DNA of 64,000 nucleotides from positions 1 through 64,000 of IMG/VR virus record IMGVR_UViG_3300028608_000007; one strand, given 5' to 3'. Shown one piece after another: positions 46,064 through 55,343 of this stretch. This DNA comes from a virus. A program made the translations under genes and the position numbers. The notes under the pieces were generated by a model. That model saw only the letters and a program-made list of their open reading frames with translations. It made no database searches and was not told where the DNA came from. Each line of letters opens with the position of its first letter. The stretch's first letter is position 1.

Positions 46064-48949
46064 ATGGGCCCTAACTATGACGCCAACCAGATGCAGATGC
46101 TGGGGCTGGACAGTCAGAAACGGCGTTTCGAAAAACTCGGGCTGTTCAAGAAACGTCCGCTGGCGACCGCTGTCGTAAGTAAGCTGGTCCGGGCCGGTAC
46201 CGATGTACTGGACATCAACACTGGCCAGAACAACCGTGGTGGTGCAGACATGCCCACCTCGGGCTACCTGAACAAAGTCTCGGACACTACCGCGTCTAAC
46301 GTTACTGACGCAGCCAACCTCTACCAGATGCTGCCAGATACCGAACTGGCAGAACAGATTCTGGTCAGTAGTATCCTGTCCCCAAAGGACATGGTAACCA
46401 CAGAACTCAATTACCTCTGTAATGAGACCTCCTTGAAGGGAGACATCACAGGGGTTCTCTTGGCCGTGGTCGAGGAGTTTTTCACCAAAGTCTATAAAAT
46501 AGATCCCCAACTGAAGACGATTCTTTCGGACGTTCTGTTCAAGAAAGGCTCGTACCCAGTTCTGATCATTCCTGAGTCGTCTGTCGATGAAATCATCAAC
46601 GGCGACAAGGCAGGAGTCGGTCTGGAATCCCTGAGTGGGAAGAGTTCGGATCTGTTCAACTATAGCATCGGCATCCTGGGTGACTCGACGATGGAAGACG
46701 GGAAGAAGATCCCGCGCAGCCGTCAACGGGGTATTGGTTTGGAGGATATGAACCAGTACTACACTCAGAACTTCCGCATGCTTCGGCCACGTTTGAAGAA
46801 GGGTAACTTCGACACTCGCATCACTGTGTCGGATAACCCAGACGTTCTGAAAGCGCCATTTGCCCATGAACTGCAACGTCGTCAACATCTGGCGACTACG
46901 TTCCGCAGCCGTGGCTTTGGTATGGAGTCGCAGAACGAAGTCTCTCGTGACGATATCCAGATGTCGTTCTATCGTCCGCGGACCAACCCAATGCGTCCTG
47001 TGGTTGCGATGAAGACCAAGGATCAGATCAAGCGTGCTACCGTGGGACACCCCTTGGTCATGCGTCTGCCGTCCGAGTCGATCATTCCGGTTCACGTTCC
47101 TGGTTCGCCAGAAGAACACATCGGTTACTTCGTGCTCCTCGACCAGACTGGTAACCCAGTTGTGAAGGCCAACCGTTCAGAGTACTACAACGACCTGAAC
47201 ATGAACATGACGATTAACAAGGACATGGCGTCCCAGTTGATCTCTCAAGGCCAACGCACGGTAGAAGGTTACCAACAACGTTCTGACGTGGACACCGAAG
47301 AAGCTACTCGGATCTACGCCCAGCTCGTGGAAGAAGACCTGATTGCTCGTCTGCGCAACGGTATCTACGCTGACAACATCGAGATCTCTCGTCCGTTGGA
47401 AGTGTACCGGATCATGCTGGCGCGTACCTTTGCCAACATGTCCACTCAGTTGCTGTTCGTACCGGCTGAGCTGGTGACTTACTTCGCCTTCGACTACAAC
47501 CGTTGGGGTGTGGGTAAGTCGCTGCTGGAAGACAACAAGATCCTGGCCTCCCTGCGAGTCATGATGATGTTGTCCAACACCATGGCTGCCGTGAAGAACT
47601 CTGTTCCGCACACTGGTCTGAACATTACCCTGGACCCGACTGACCCCGATCCGTCTGGTACCGTGGAGAAACTGGTTCACAACTACACGCAGACTCGTCA
47701 AGCTTCTTACCCTCTGGGTGCGTCGAGTCCTGTGGACATCGTGAACTTCCTCCAGAACGCAGGTGTTGACCTTCATGTAACTGGTTCCCCGGCTTACCCG
47801 GAAACCCGCATGGAAGTTGAAGACCGTCAACGTTCGGTAGCCAAGCCAGACACGGATCTGGAAGACAACCTCAAGAAGCAATTCTTGATGTCGCTGGGTC
47901 TGTCGCCTGAAACGGTGGACAACGGTTACAACGTAGAGTTCGCAGCCAGCATCGTGACCTCCAACCTGTTGCTGACCAAACGAGTGATGCTCTACCAAGA
48001 TCTCTTTACTGAGTTGTTGGGTGAGTTCATTCGCAAGTACGTGTTCAACTCCGGGAACCTGCTCGACAAACTGCGCAAAGCTATTGAAGCCAACCGCAAG
48101 TTGATCGAGGTTGCCGATGGTGAGGAAGCACCAGACACTGAAACGATTCTCCACGAATTCGTGAACGCGATCGCTGTGTCGTTGCCTCGTCCTGACAGCA
48201 TCACTATCGAACGCCAGATGGAAGCCTACGACAAATACGTCGAAGCACTCGAGAAGTGTCTCGAGGCGTACTTCTCCAGCGACTTCCTGGATGGTACTGC
48301 TATGGGTGACCAGCAGGAATCGGTAGACGTTGTGAAAGCAGCTATCCTTGCACACTTCAAGCGTAAGTGGATGCGTGAGAACAACATGATGCCTGAGTTG
48401 GCTGAACTTGCCACGTTCACCGAAGAAGACCACCCGATGATTGACTTGCTCACTGAGCACACTCAACACATCGACGCTATTGGCGCCAGTATCCAAGGGT
48501 ACATGGTAAAAGTAGCAGAAGCCCAAGAAGAGCGTAACAAACTCACCGAAGCAGTAGAAGCCGACAAACACATTGAAGTAGGTGGCGGTGGTGGTGATTA
48601 CGGCTCCTCCGATGACGACTCCAGTGGAGACGACGACGGAATGGGTGATGATGGGATGGGTGACGACGAGTTCGGTGGGGGCGATGAGTTCGACATGGAC
48701 TCTGACACTGGAGGCGATGACTCTGGTGATGATTCCACTGACTCCGACGATGAAAGTCTCGAAGTAGATGACGCAGATGCAGCCGATGCTGCTGACTCCG
48801 GTGGAGACGGCGGTAACGACAATGGTGGGGATACCGATGAGGATATCGGTGAAGAGGGTTCGCCTGACGCTGGTGGTAGCACCGGTTCGCTGAGCGAGTT
48901 CTTGGAATCTACCAAGCAGAAACGTCGCGACAACGAAAACCCGGCATAA
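46064..48949 (+). CDS. Portal protein (phiKZ gp129-like)
   Basis: 961 aa; LYQMLPDTELAEQILVSSILSP, PSESIIPVH.PG.P..HIGYF motifs; synteny. Confidence 0.75.
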   Translation: MGPNYDANQMQMLGLDSQKRRFEKLGLFKKRPLATAVVSKLVRAGTDVLDINTGQNNRGGADMPTSGYLNKVSDTTASNVTDAANLYQMLPDTELAEQILVSSILSPKDMVTTELNYLCNETSLKGDITGVLLAVVEEFFTKVYKIDPQLKTILSDVLFKKGSYPVLIIPESSVDEIINGDKAGVGLESLSGKSSDLFNYSIGILGDSTMEDGKKIPRSRQRGIGLEDMNQYYTQNFRMLRPRLKKGNFDTRITVSDNPDVLKAPFAHELQRRQHLATTFRSRGFGMESQNEVSRDDIQMSFYRPRTNPMRPVVAMKTKDQIKRATVGHPLVMRLPSESIIPVHVPGSPEEHIGYFVLLDQTGNPVVKANRSEYYNDLNMNMTINKDMASQLISQGQRTVEGYQQRSDVDTEEATRIYAQLVEEDLIARLRNGIYADNIEISRPLEVYRIMLARTFANMSTQLLFVPAELVTYFAFDYNRWGVGKSLLEDNKILASLRVMMMLSNTMAAVKNSVPHTGLNITLDPTDPDPSGTVEKLVHNYTQTRQASYPLGASSPVDIVNFLQNAGVDLHVTGSPAYPETRMEVEDRQRSVAKPDTDLEDNLKKQFLMSLGLSPETVDNGYNVEFAASIVTSNLLLTKRVMLYQDLFTELLGEFIRKYVFNSGNLLDKLRKAIEANRKLIEVADGEEAPDTETILHEFVNAIAVSLPRPDSITIERQMEAYDKYVEALEKCLEAYFSSDFLDGTAMGDQQESVDVVKAAILAHFKRKWMRENNMMPELAELATFTEEDHPMIDLLTEHTQHIDAIGASIQGYMVKVAEAQEERNKLTEAVEADKHIEVGGGGGDYGSSDDDSSGDDDGMGDDGMGDDEFGGGDEFDMDSDTGGDDSGDDSTDSDDESLEVDDADAADAADSGGDGGNDNGGDTDEDIGEEGSPDAGGSTGSLSEFLESTKQKRRDNENPA

Positions 48950-48993
48950 AAGCCAAAAAAAAGAGCCCTGGGAAACCGGGGCTCTTTATGCCG
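48942..48993. terminator. Bidirectional hairpin flanked by CGGCATAAAA / TTTATGCCG
   Basis: AGAGCCC/GGGCTCT stem between convergent genes. Confidence 0.7.
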
Positions 48994-49422
48994 TCAAACA
49001 GACGACAACATGTTCTTGCGGTTGTCGTCGAGTATTCGCTGACGAGCCAGAGGAGCCACACCCTTGAATACCATAGCTACATCACCATTCGCACAATGAT
49101 CGACGTCGGAGTGCGGTGTGCCAAATGCAAGCTCCAACAACTCAACACACTGATTGATTTCGTGATCGTAAGCTGCCTTCTGGAAGTAGAAGCTTCCACC
49201 AGGTAGGGAGAACAGAACATGGAGGTCATCGGAGTGATGAACGTCATCGTTGATGAACACTACCGTACAGGCCGCCGCAAAACCCAACACGTTCGTCCAG
49301 CGAGCAGATCCACCAAACTGTTTACCCCGACAAAACGGGATGTACTGGAGGACTTCCTCACCGAAAGCTGAGGTGATGTCTACCGTGGGTTCAGGAGTGA
49401 AGTGCATAACGGTTACAGGCAT
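48994..49422 (-). CDS. Hypothetical protein
   Basis: ATG 49422 with GGAGGAG RBS, 142 aa. Confidence 0.6.
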   Translation of the reverse strand: MPVTVMHFTPEPTVDITSAFGEEVLQYIPFCRGKQFGGSARWTNVLGFAAACTVVFINDDVHHSDDLHVLFSLPGGSFYFQKAAYDHEINQCVELLELAFGTPHSDVDHCANGDVAMVFKGVAPLARQRILDDNRKNMLSSV

Positions 49423-49435
49423 GGCTCCTCCCCCG

Positions 49436-49876
49436 TTAGTGAACGATACGCAGATCAGTGCGACGACTGTGTTCCGCCTGAGCATTACGAACAGCGTCGC
49501 CGCCACCGTCGAACCGCAGGACACAGTTGTCTTTGATCATGTAGCCGTCGATCACATCCACGCTGATGGTGTTACGTACAGCCCTGGCGGTTTCGGCAAC
49601 AACCGGATTACCCGGCTCACCCACCCCGTACAGCACCATGTAGACATCTTTGGAGTGGAAGTGCTGGTCATTTAGGGTGACGATATAGCCGAACTGTTCC
49701 TCGGCTTGTTTCTCACCAGTACTGATGCGCTGGATTTCGAAGTTACCGTGGATGACATCACCACGAAGGTTGAGTCCATCCAATACATCAATGTGGGTAA
49801 CCAGGTCGTTGAGATCTTTCTCGTGGTCCCAGTTTTCCCAGGGAGTACTCTTGAACATCAGGATAGTCAAAGACAT
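49436..49876 (-). CDS. Hypothetical protein
   Basis: ATG 49876, 146 aa. Confidence 0.6.
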   Translation of the reverse strand: MSLTILMFKSTPWENWDHEKDLNDLVTHIDVLDGLNLRGDVIHGNFEIQRISTGEKQAEEQFGYIVTLNDQHFHSKDVYMVLYGVGEPGNPVVAETARAVRNTISVDVIDGYMIKDNCVLRFDGGGDAVRNAQAEHSRRTDLRIVH

Positions 49877-49904
49877 ATCGAACCTTCTTAGGCTTTTAGT
49901 TGAG

Positions 49905-49932
49905 GGCATAGTGGGGACCCGAAGGTCCCCAC
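49905..49932 (-). terminator. Hairpin + TATGCC
   Basis: GTGGGGACC-CGAA-GGTCCCCAC after 49939-52209. Confidence 0.7.
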
Positions 49933-49938
49933 CGTTGC

Positions 49939-52209
49939 TTACAGCTTAACGCTGCGTACCAGTACAGCTTTCAGACCGAGGTAACCCGGCAGGACTTCTA
50001 CCACACGACCATAGCAGTCGATCAGGTAGTGACGGCTGAACTTCACCGACTGCTGCTTGCAACGCTCCAGGATCGCTACACAGGCTGCGTGCAGGTCAGG
50101 CTGGTTCGAAGCTTTGACGATCTGAGCTTGCTCGCCGTAGATCTCAGCAGACCACGGTACGTGGGTAACCGAGAACTTCTCGAAGCGCGCCAGGATCGTA
50201 TTCACCTTGGCCTTGTTTTCGCGAGTCATCTGGTCACCCAACTTGCTCAGGTAGTCCCAGTACTCATCGCCTTTCAGGATGTTGGTGATTGGCTTGATGA
50301 TGTCTTCAGCACGCTCTTGGTTCAGCAGGGTCCACAACAGACCCATTTGATCTTCGAGCAGAGCTTCGCCCAGGGATTCGATGTCAGCCACGAAGTTTTC
50401 GATTTCGAGGGTGTTACCGTAACCCAGGTTGACAGCCAGTGCTTCATTCACACGAGCAGTCAGAGCTTCGTTCAGCACGTTGTACAGACGAGCAGTGATC
50501 TGCTCACGCTCCATGTGATCAGCCAAGAACTTCGCTGCGCCCACGAGGGTTTGCTTCTTGGCCAATTCCAACATCACACCAATCATGGCACCATCAACCG
50601 ACACTGGCTGCATCTCACGGAAGTAGTACTCGCGCACTTTCCCGTCAAAGTTGTCAGCGCCCAGCTTGATGACTTCGTTCAGGCATTTGATCTCGGCTTC
50701 CCGGAAGGAGTGAGCCTCGATTTCCGTCGGAATGATCTTCACCTCAGGATTCTCCACAGGAGTTTCACTGTGATCCTCAGGATCAACAATGACTTGCGGT
50801 TTGTCCAGATCAGCCACTTCACGCCAGTTGGTAGGTACTACCTTCTTGGTTTCATCCAGTTGGTAAGGCTTACGCTGACGGATTTCGTGTTGCAGATACT
50901 CCATCTGTTCCATTTCTTTCTCCTCGATAACCTTAACGATTTCCTTCACAACGAAGGTGCCGTCGGCTTGAGGAGCACGAACGTGGAACTTCATGTGGGT
51001 GAGAGGGTTGAACGCTTCTGGCCATGGAACATCAACATTCCAGGTCAGGTCCCAGCCGCTGGAGTGAGCCGGACGGATCTCGCTACCGTTTTGCAGGCGT
51101 ACGTAGTCGTATGGACGATCCTCGTTGATCGAGTTCAGATCCACTTTACTTTGTAGGCTTGCATCACCGACAACTTGAGCCTGTACAGGTTCGACCAGCG
51201 GTTCAGGGGTGAGCGCCGCTTGTGCCCGTTGTTGTTCTACGCGTGCAGCGAATTCTTGCTGCTGCTTGTTCACGGGTGCTTGTTGCACGTTGGTAGTCCC
51301 GAAGTCATTGAACATTTCCTCAACAACACCGTTGGGGCTTCCCGTAGGCTGCACTGGCCCTTGAGAACTACGGCCACGAGAGGCCACAAAGGCGTTGGAG
51401 GCTGGAGCCGGGGTTTCCTGTTGCGCCTGCTGTGGAGCTGGATCAACTCCTTGCGGGCGCAGGGCCGTCCGTCCTTTATACCCGGAGTTGGGGTTTTCGT
51501 AGACTGAGTTAACCTGCGCGATGGTGCTTTGGGTATTGGCAAAACGACCCCAGTTGATGTTGGGGTTCCCTGCTGGTGCAGCACCGCCACCAGTGTAGGG
51601 CCAGCCACTACCTTGTCGCGCAGCTTGGAACGAGGATTGCTGTTGCTGGTTTCCAGGCCAGGCACTTGCTTGTGGTTGGTTGTTGTTGGGCCAGCTACCT
51701 TGGAAGGATTGCTGGGGTTGGGACAACTGCTGTACTGCTTGAGCCAACTGCTCTTGACGCATCAGCAGGCGCTGGATCTCGGCTTCGATACCGATCCCCA
51801 TCATCTGCTTAACCATCGGGTTTTGCTGCGCGATAGTCGCCGTGTAGCAAGTGACGATCTCATTCGCAGCATTCGCCACGATTTGCTCCTGCGACTGACC
51901 TTGGCTAGCGGGCAGTTTCGCCATAGCCTCAGCCAGTTGCGTGGTGCTGTTGAGCAGAGTCAGATACGTGTCGTTCTGCCAGGCGTTGTCCGACGCCATG
52001 TTGAACATGTAGCAACGCAGAGGGTTCTTCTGCGCATTGTCTTGCAGCAGTTTGATCACGTACCCGTTTACGATAGCAGGGAACTGATTCTGGAAAGGAA
52101 TCTGATACGGTGCGCCCTGTACGTAAAACGTAGGGTTTGGCTCATTAGCAGAGTACTGCTTGCCCATGTTGTTGGATTGGTTAAAGAACGACATCTGGGT
52201 TAACTCCAC
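49939..52209 (-). CDS. Conserved hypothetical protein with Q/N/P-rich low-complexity region
   Basis: 756 aa, abuts the non-virion RNAP subunit gene. Confidence 0.7.
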   Translation of the reverse strand: MELTQMSFFNQSNNMGKQYSANEPNPTFYVQGAPYQIPFQNQFPAIVNGYVIKLLQDNAQKNPLRCYMFNMASDNAWQNDTYLTLLNSTTQLAEAMAKLPASQGQSQEQIVANAANEIVTCYTATIAQQNPMVKQMMGIGIEAEIQRLLMRQEQLAQAVQQLSQPQQSFQGSWPNNNQPQASAWPGNQQQQSSFQAARQGSGWPYTGGGAAPAGNPNINWGRFANTQSTIAQVNSVYENPNSGYKGRTALRPQGVDPAPQQAQQETPAPASNAFVASRGRSSQGPVQPTGSPNGVVEEMFNDFGTTNVQQAPVNKQQQEFAARVEQQRAQAALTPEPLVEPVQAQVVGDASLQSKVDLNSINEDRPYDYVRLQNGSEIRPAHSSGWDLTWNVDVPWPEAFNPLTHMKFHVRAPQADGTFVVKEIVKVIEEKEMEQMEYLQHEIRQRKPYQLDETKKVVPTNWREVADLDKPQVIVDPEDHSETPVENPEVKIIPTEIEAHSFREAEIKCLNEVIKLGADNFDGKVREYYFREMQPVSVDGAMIGVMLELAKKQTLVGAAKFLADHMEREQITARLYNVLNEALTARVNEALAVNLGYGNTLEIENFVADIESLGEALLEDQMGLLWTLLNQERAEDIIKPITNILKGDEYWDYLSKLGDQMTRENKAKVNTILARFEKFSVTHVPWSAEIYGEQAQIVKASNQPDLHAACVAILERCKQQSVKFSRHYLIDCYGRVVEVLPGYLGLKAVLVRSVKL

Positions 52210-53871
52210 CTAAGCGTATTTTGTAAATTGGATTCGTCGTTGTACGTTGTCAATCAGTTCACGGAACTTCTCGTTCCTGACAACACGATAAGAATCATCG
52301 TATTGAACGTAAGGCGAAATGCGCGTACGCCCACTCGGGCTCGCCTTAGGTAGGTTGTTGTAACTTCCCACCTCTACAATCGACGAGTGCAACAATTTGG
52401 ACGCATCACCAGCAGAAGACTTCCCGCTGTTGCGACCGTTACCAGTAGCGCTGGTCTGTGGGACCAGGTTCGACGTGATCTTGAAGTACAGGTTATCCCC
52501 TGGGCTGGAGACGCCTGCAACCTCGCCGTGCTGCCGGTTGATCTTCATGATCGCATCTACAGTCAGGTTACGCCGTAGTGCACTGTTGATTTCCTCTTTT
52601 ACTTTTGGTTTCCGTACCGCCTTCTGCAAGGCGAATTTGAAGTGAGAGATAGCCTTGTTGATATCGAACAAAGCGTAACGCAATACCATCAACTCCTTGT
52701 CGTACATCGTGGACTCAACGTTGTCCGACTGGATGACCATCTCTGAAAGCGCTCCAATGATGAACGCGAACAGTTGGTATATGTCATTTGCGTGGATATT
52801 CTCACTGAGAAGGTCCAACCGCGATCGTTCGTCCAGGGACTCATCCAAAGACTCGATGTGGTTGTCAATCTCGTCTGCCAGTTTACCTTCACTTTGCCCT
52901 GGGCCGAAGATCAGGTGCCCCAGCAGAATACGCCAGAATCGGGTGCTCTCAATGAACTCAGGTTCTACACGCTGCGGGAAATGATCCGTAACGTAGAAGA
53001 ATCCGGCCACCAAACCGATGTTCTGGGTAGTCCAAGCCGTACGGCGAATTGCTAAGCGGATATTCGTGGGAATGTATCCGCTGCGACGAACACCCCGAAG
53101 GCTTCGTGGACAGAGCTGCTTGGAACCGCAGATCAGCCATTCTTCCTTCGGGTAGATGTCATAGTTGATCTCGTCGGGGTATCCAACGAAAACATCCGTG
53201 TTTGACATCATCTTAAACGCCTGGCTAACCCCATACTTGCTAAAGAGGTAATGCGCCATCGTGTGTTTCGCTGTGATGCGATTTCTGTTTCCGGTTCCCT
53301 GCGCAGGGTTACGATTATAGACCGTGGCCCATGCCACGTTCGCCGTTTCGTTCCAACTCGTCTCTAAGCCACCTTCTTCGATGTCATAGATACGGAACGT
53401 GTGATCCAACCGCTCGAAGGTAAGTTTCGTTACCTGGAGTGGAATAAAGATCGTGTTAACACCGTAGCTGATTGCACGGTCGGCCAGTACAGGACTGATC
53501 GAGAACGTACTGCCACGGATTGTGATCAAGCCAGCCTGAGTCATGTATGGCAAGTACATGTGCGGTTCGTACATAGGTTCCCCATTGTACGTGAACCGAT
53601 ACTTCATCAAGAACAGATTGTTCCGCGCGATGTCAAACACCGGCTTCCCGCTCCGCTTCGGCGTAACCACGTTGTACTCTTCCTGAGGTGTACAGCGTGT
53701 GCATCCCTCATAACGCAACCCTGGTGGGAAGCTTTTAGAGATGCTCCTGAACAACCCATCCACATGACGCTCAACAACACGCATCTGCTCTACGGCTAGG
53801 CCTCTCATGACCTTTTCATTCATGCGCGGAATGGCCTTCTCATGAATCCGGCCAAATAGGAGGTTATCCAT
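52210..53871 (-). CDS. rpoB: Non-virion RNA polymerase beta-subunit N-terminal part (phiKZ gp123-like)
   Basis: 553 aa; FWRILLGHLIFG and HSSIVEVGSYNNLPK.SPSGR.R match recalled gp123 motifs. Confidence 0.88.
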   Translation of the reverse strand: MDNLLFGRIHEKAIPRMNEKVMRGLAVEQMRVVERHVDGLFRSISKSFPPGLRYEGCTRCTPQEEYNVVTPKRSGKPVFDIARNNLFLMKYRFTYNGEPMYEPHMYLPYMTQAGLITIRGSTFSISPVLADRAISYGVNTIFIPLQVTKLTFERLDHTFRIYDIEEGGLETSWNETANVAWATVYNRNPAQGTGNRNRITAKHTMAHYLFSKYGVSQAFKMMSNTDVFVGYPDEINYDIYPKEEWLICGSKQLCPRSLRGVRRSGYIPTNIRLAIRRTAWTTQNIGLVAGFFYVTDHFPQRVEPEFIESTRFWRILLGHLIFGPGQSEGKLADEIDNHIESLDESLDERSRLDLLSENIHANDIYQLFAFIIGALSEMVIQSDNVESTMYDKELMVLRYALFDINKAISHFKFALQKAVRKPKVKEEINSALRRNLTVDAIMKINRQHGEVAGVSSPGDNLYFKITSNLVPQTSATGNGRNSGKSSAGDASKLLHSSIVEVGSYNNLPKASPSGRTRISPYVQYDDSYRVVRNEKFRELIDNVQRRIQFTKYA

Positions 53872-53899
53872 TGTTGCTAATGCCCCATTCTTCTAACAA

Positions 53900-55072
53900 C
53901 TACTTGAATGCTAGAAAGATAGCCGCAAGTCCAGTTGCAATGGCGGGAACCCACTTGAGAAACTCCGAAGAGTCTTTTCTCGCATAACTGCGTTCTTCGT
54001 AGTGGTCTTTGCGCTCGAGAGACGAAATTGCTCGCAAGTGCTCTACTCGAGTCTGTTCCTCTTTTAGCCTGGCGCTAGCCTCGTTGATACGAGCTTCCTC
54101 CAGCTTCCACCTGTGCTCCTGCGCTTTACGGTCACTTTCCTCCGCGACGCGCCTTTCCTCGATGTTGCGTTTCCATTCCTCATGCTCTTGATCGCGTTGT
54201 AGACGCTCCATGCGAAGTCGATGCTCCGTCTCCTTCAACTCATGGGCATACTGATCAAGCTCACGTTTCCTCTCAGCAGCAATGTCTCCCATTACCATTG
54301 CTTCTTCGTAGGACTTAAACATTCCCAAGAATTCCTCAGCTTCTGGGAAGGCGAAGAAATCTGACCTAGGTGCACCGACTCCCCCTTGTTCGGAAACAGG
54401 CGCTGTGGATGCTCGATAGACTCCAGACTTTCGACCGGGGTCTTTCGTGGGCTGCACTAGGAAGATCTCTTTGTTGATGTTAATGAAACGAGGTCCGAAG
54501 ATGTCTTCATTGTCGACAATCTGTAGGAAGTACCCCACCGCTCCCACGGTGTTGATCGTTTCGTTTTCAGCTACGAGGCGGTTGCGAATTCCTTCCATAC
54601 TGAAAGGATGATGCGGGACATAACCCCCTTGCATCGTGGAAACCACGACGTCAAGGTTTACAAGGTATAATGATCCTCCAGATGCGGCTACATCAGCCTC
54701 ATCAACACCGTAGTCCACTTGGGCATGACACTGTCCCATTCGCTGTCGCACACTTCCCTGAAGGACGGCATCTCTCAACGCACGCATTCCATCAGAGGTA
54801 GCATTTGATAAGCGGTCTACGTCGATTTTTACACCGGAACGATACTTGATCGTGTATCGCACGATGAATTTGTTAAGAGCCTTGACATTCATAGGTTGAA
54901 TAGTCAGGGGCATACCAGAACGGTCAACTAATGTAACGGGAACTCTAAACCCGTTATAAAACTCCTTCTCTATGGAAAGTTGTGCACCGGGACCTAATTC
55001 AAGTGCACCAGGCACTTCGGTCAGGGTTGCTTCTCGGTTTATCAGTTGGTTGTTGTGGATATATTGGCTCAT
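53900..55072 (-). CDS. Conserved hypothetical protein (phiKZ gp122-like) with C-terminal coiled coil and hydrophobic tail
   Basis: 390 aa; ends WVPAIATGLAAIFLAFK. Confidence 0.65.
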   Translation of the reverse strand: MSQYIHNNQLINREATLTEVPGALELGPGAQLSIEKEFYNGFRVPVTLVDRSGMPLTIQPMNVKALNKFIVRYTIKYRSGVKIDVDRLSNATSDGMRALRDAVLQGSVRQRMGQCHAQVDYGVDEADVAASGGSLYLVNLDVVVSTMQGGYVPHHPFSMEGIRNRLVAENETINTVGAVGYFLQIVDNEDIFGPRFININKEIFLVQPTKDPGRKSGVYRASTAPVSEQGGVGAPRSDFFAFPEAEEFLGMFKSYEEAMVMGDIAAERKRELDQYAHELKETEHRLRMERLQRDQEHEEWKRNIEERRVAEESDRKAQEHRWKLEEARINEASARLKEEQTRVEHLRAISSLERKDHYEERSYARKDSSEFLKWVPAIATGLAAIFLAFK

Positions 55073-55148
55073 AGGTTCACACTGACAATAGGGAAGATCT
55101 ATTTTGTCTTTTGGTAGAACGTGCGATTCCTCTGTGGTTGGTCACTTT

Positions 55149-55176
55149 GATAATATACACTTCAAATAGGTTTCAA
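55149..55176 (-). promoter_or_regulatory. Putative phage early promoter
   Basis: Minus strand TTGAAAC-N7-AAGTGTATATTATC, upstream of the operon containing the nvRNAP subunit. Confidence 0.7.
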
Positions 55177-55182
55177 TAAAGG

Positions 55183-55236
55183 CGGCATAAAAAGAAGGAA
55201 TTCCTCCTGAGCCCGAAAGCTCAGGAGGGTTCCTTT
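55183..55236 (-). terminator. Major-capsid terminator: hairpin + TTTTTATGCCG
   Basis: CCTCCTGAGC/GCTCAGGAGG stem; a second hairpin lies at about 55255-55287. Confidence 0.7.
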
Positions 55237-55343
55237 GAGTCCCCACTTAAAGGACACTCCAAAGGAGCCGAAGCTCCTAAGGAGGTGTAACCAACCGTAG
55301 ACCAGGAAGTCTAGTGGTTGTGACCAGTTCAGCCAACGGTCGC

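Noticed and set aside
46016-51156. Long ORFs opposite the portal and the 756-aa gene (367, 464, 375 aa)
   Set aside because: Antisense shadows fully overlapping well-supported genes
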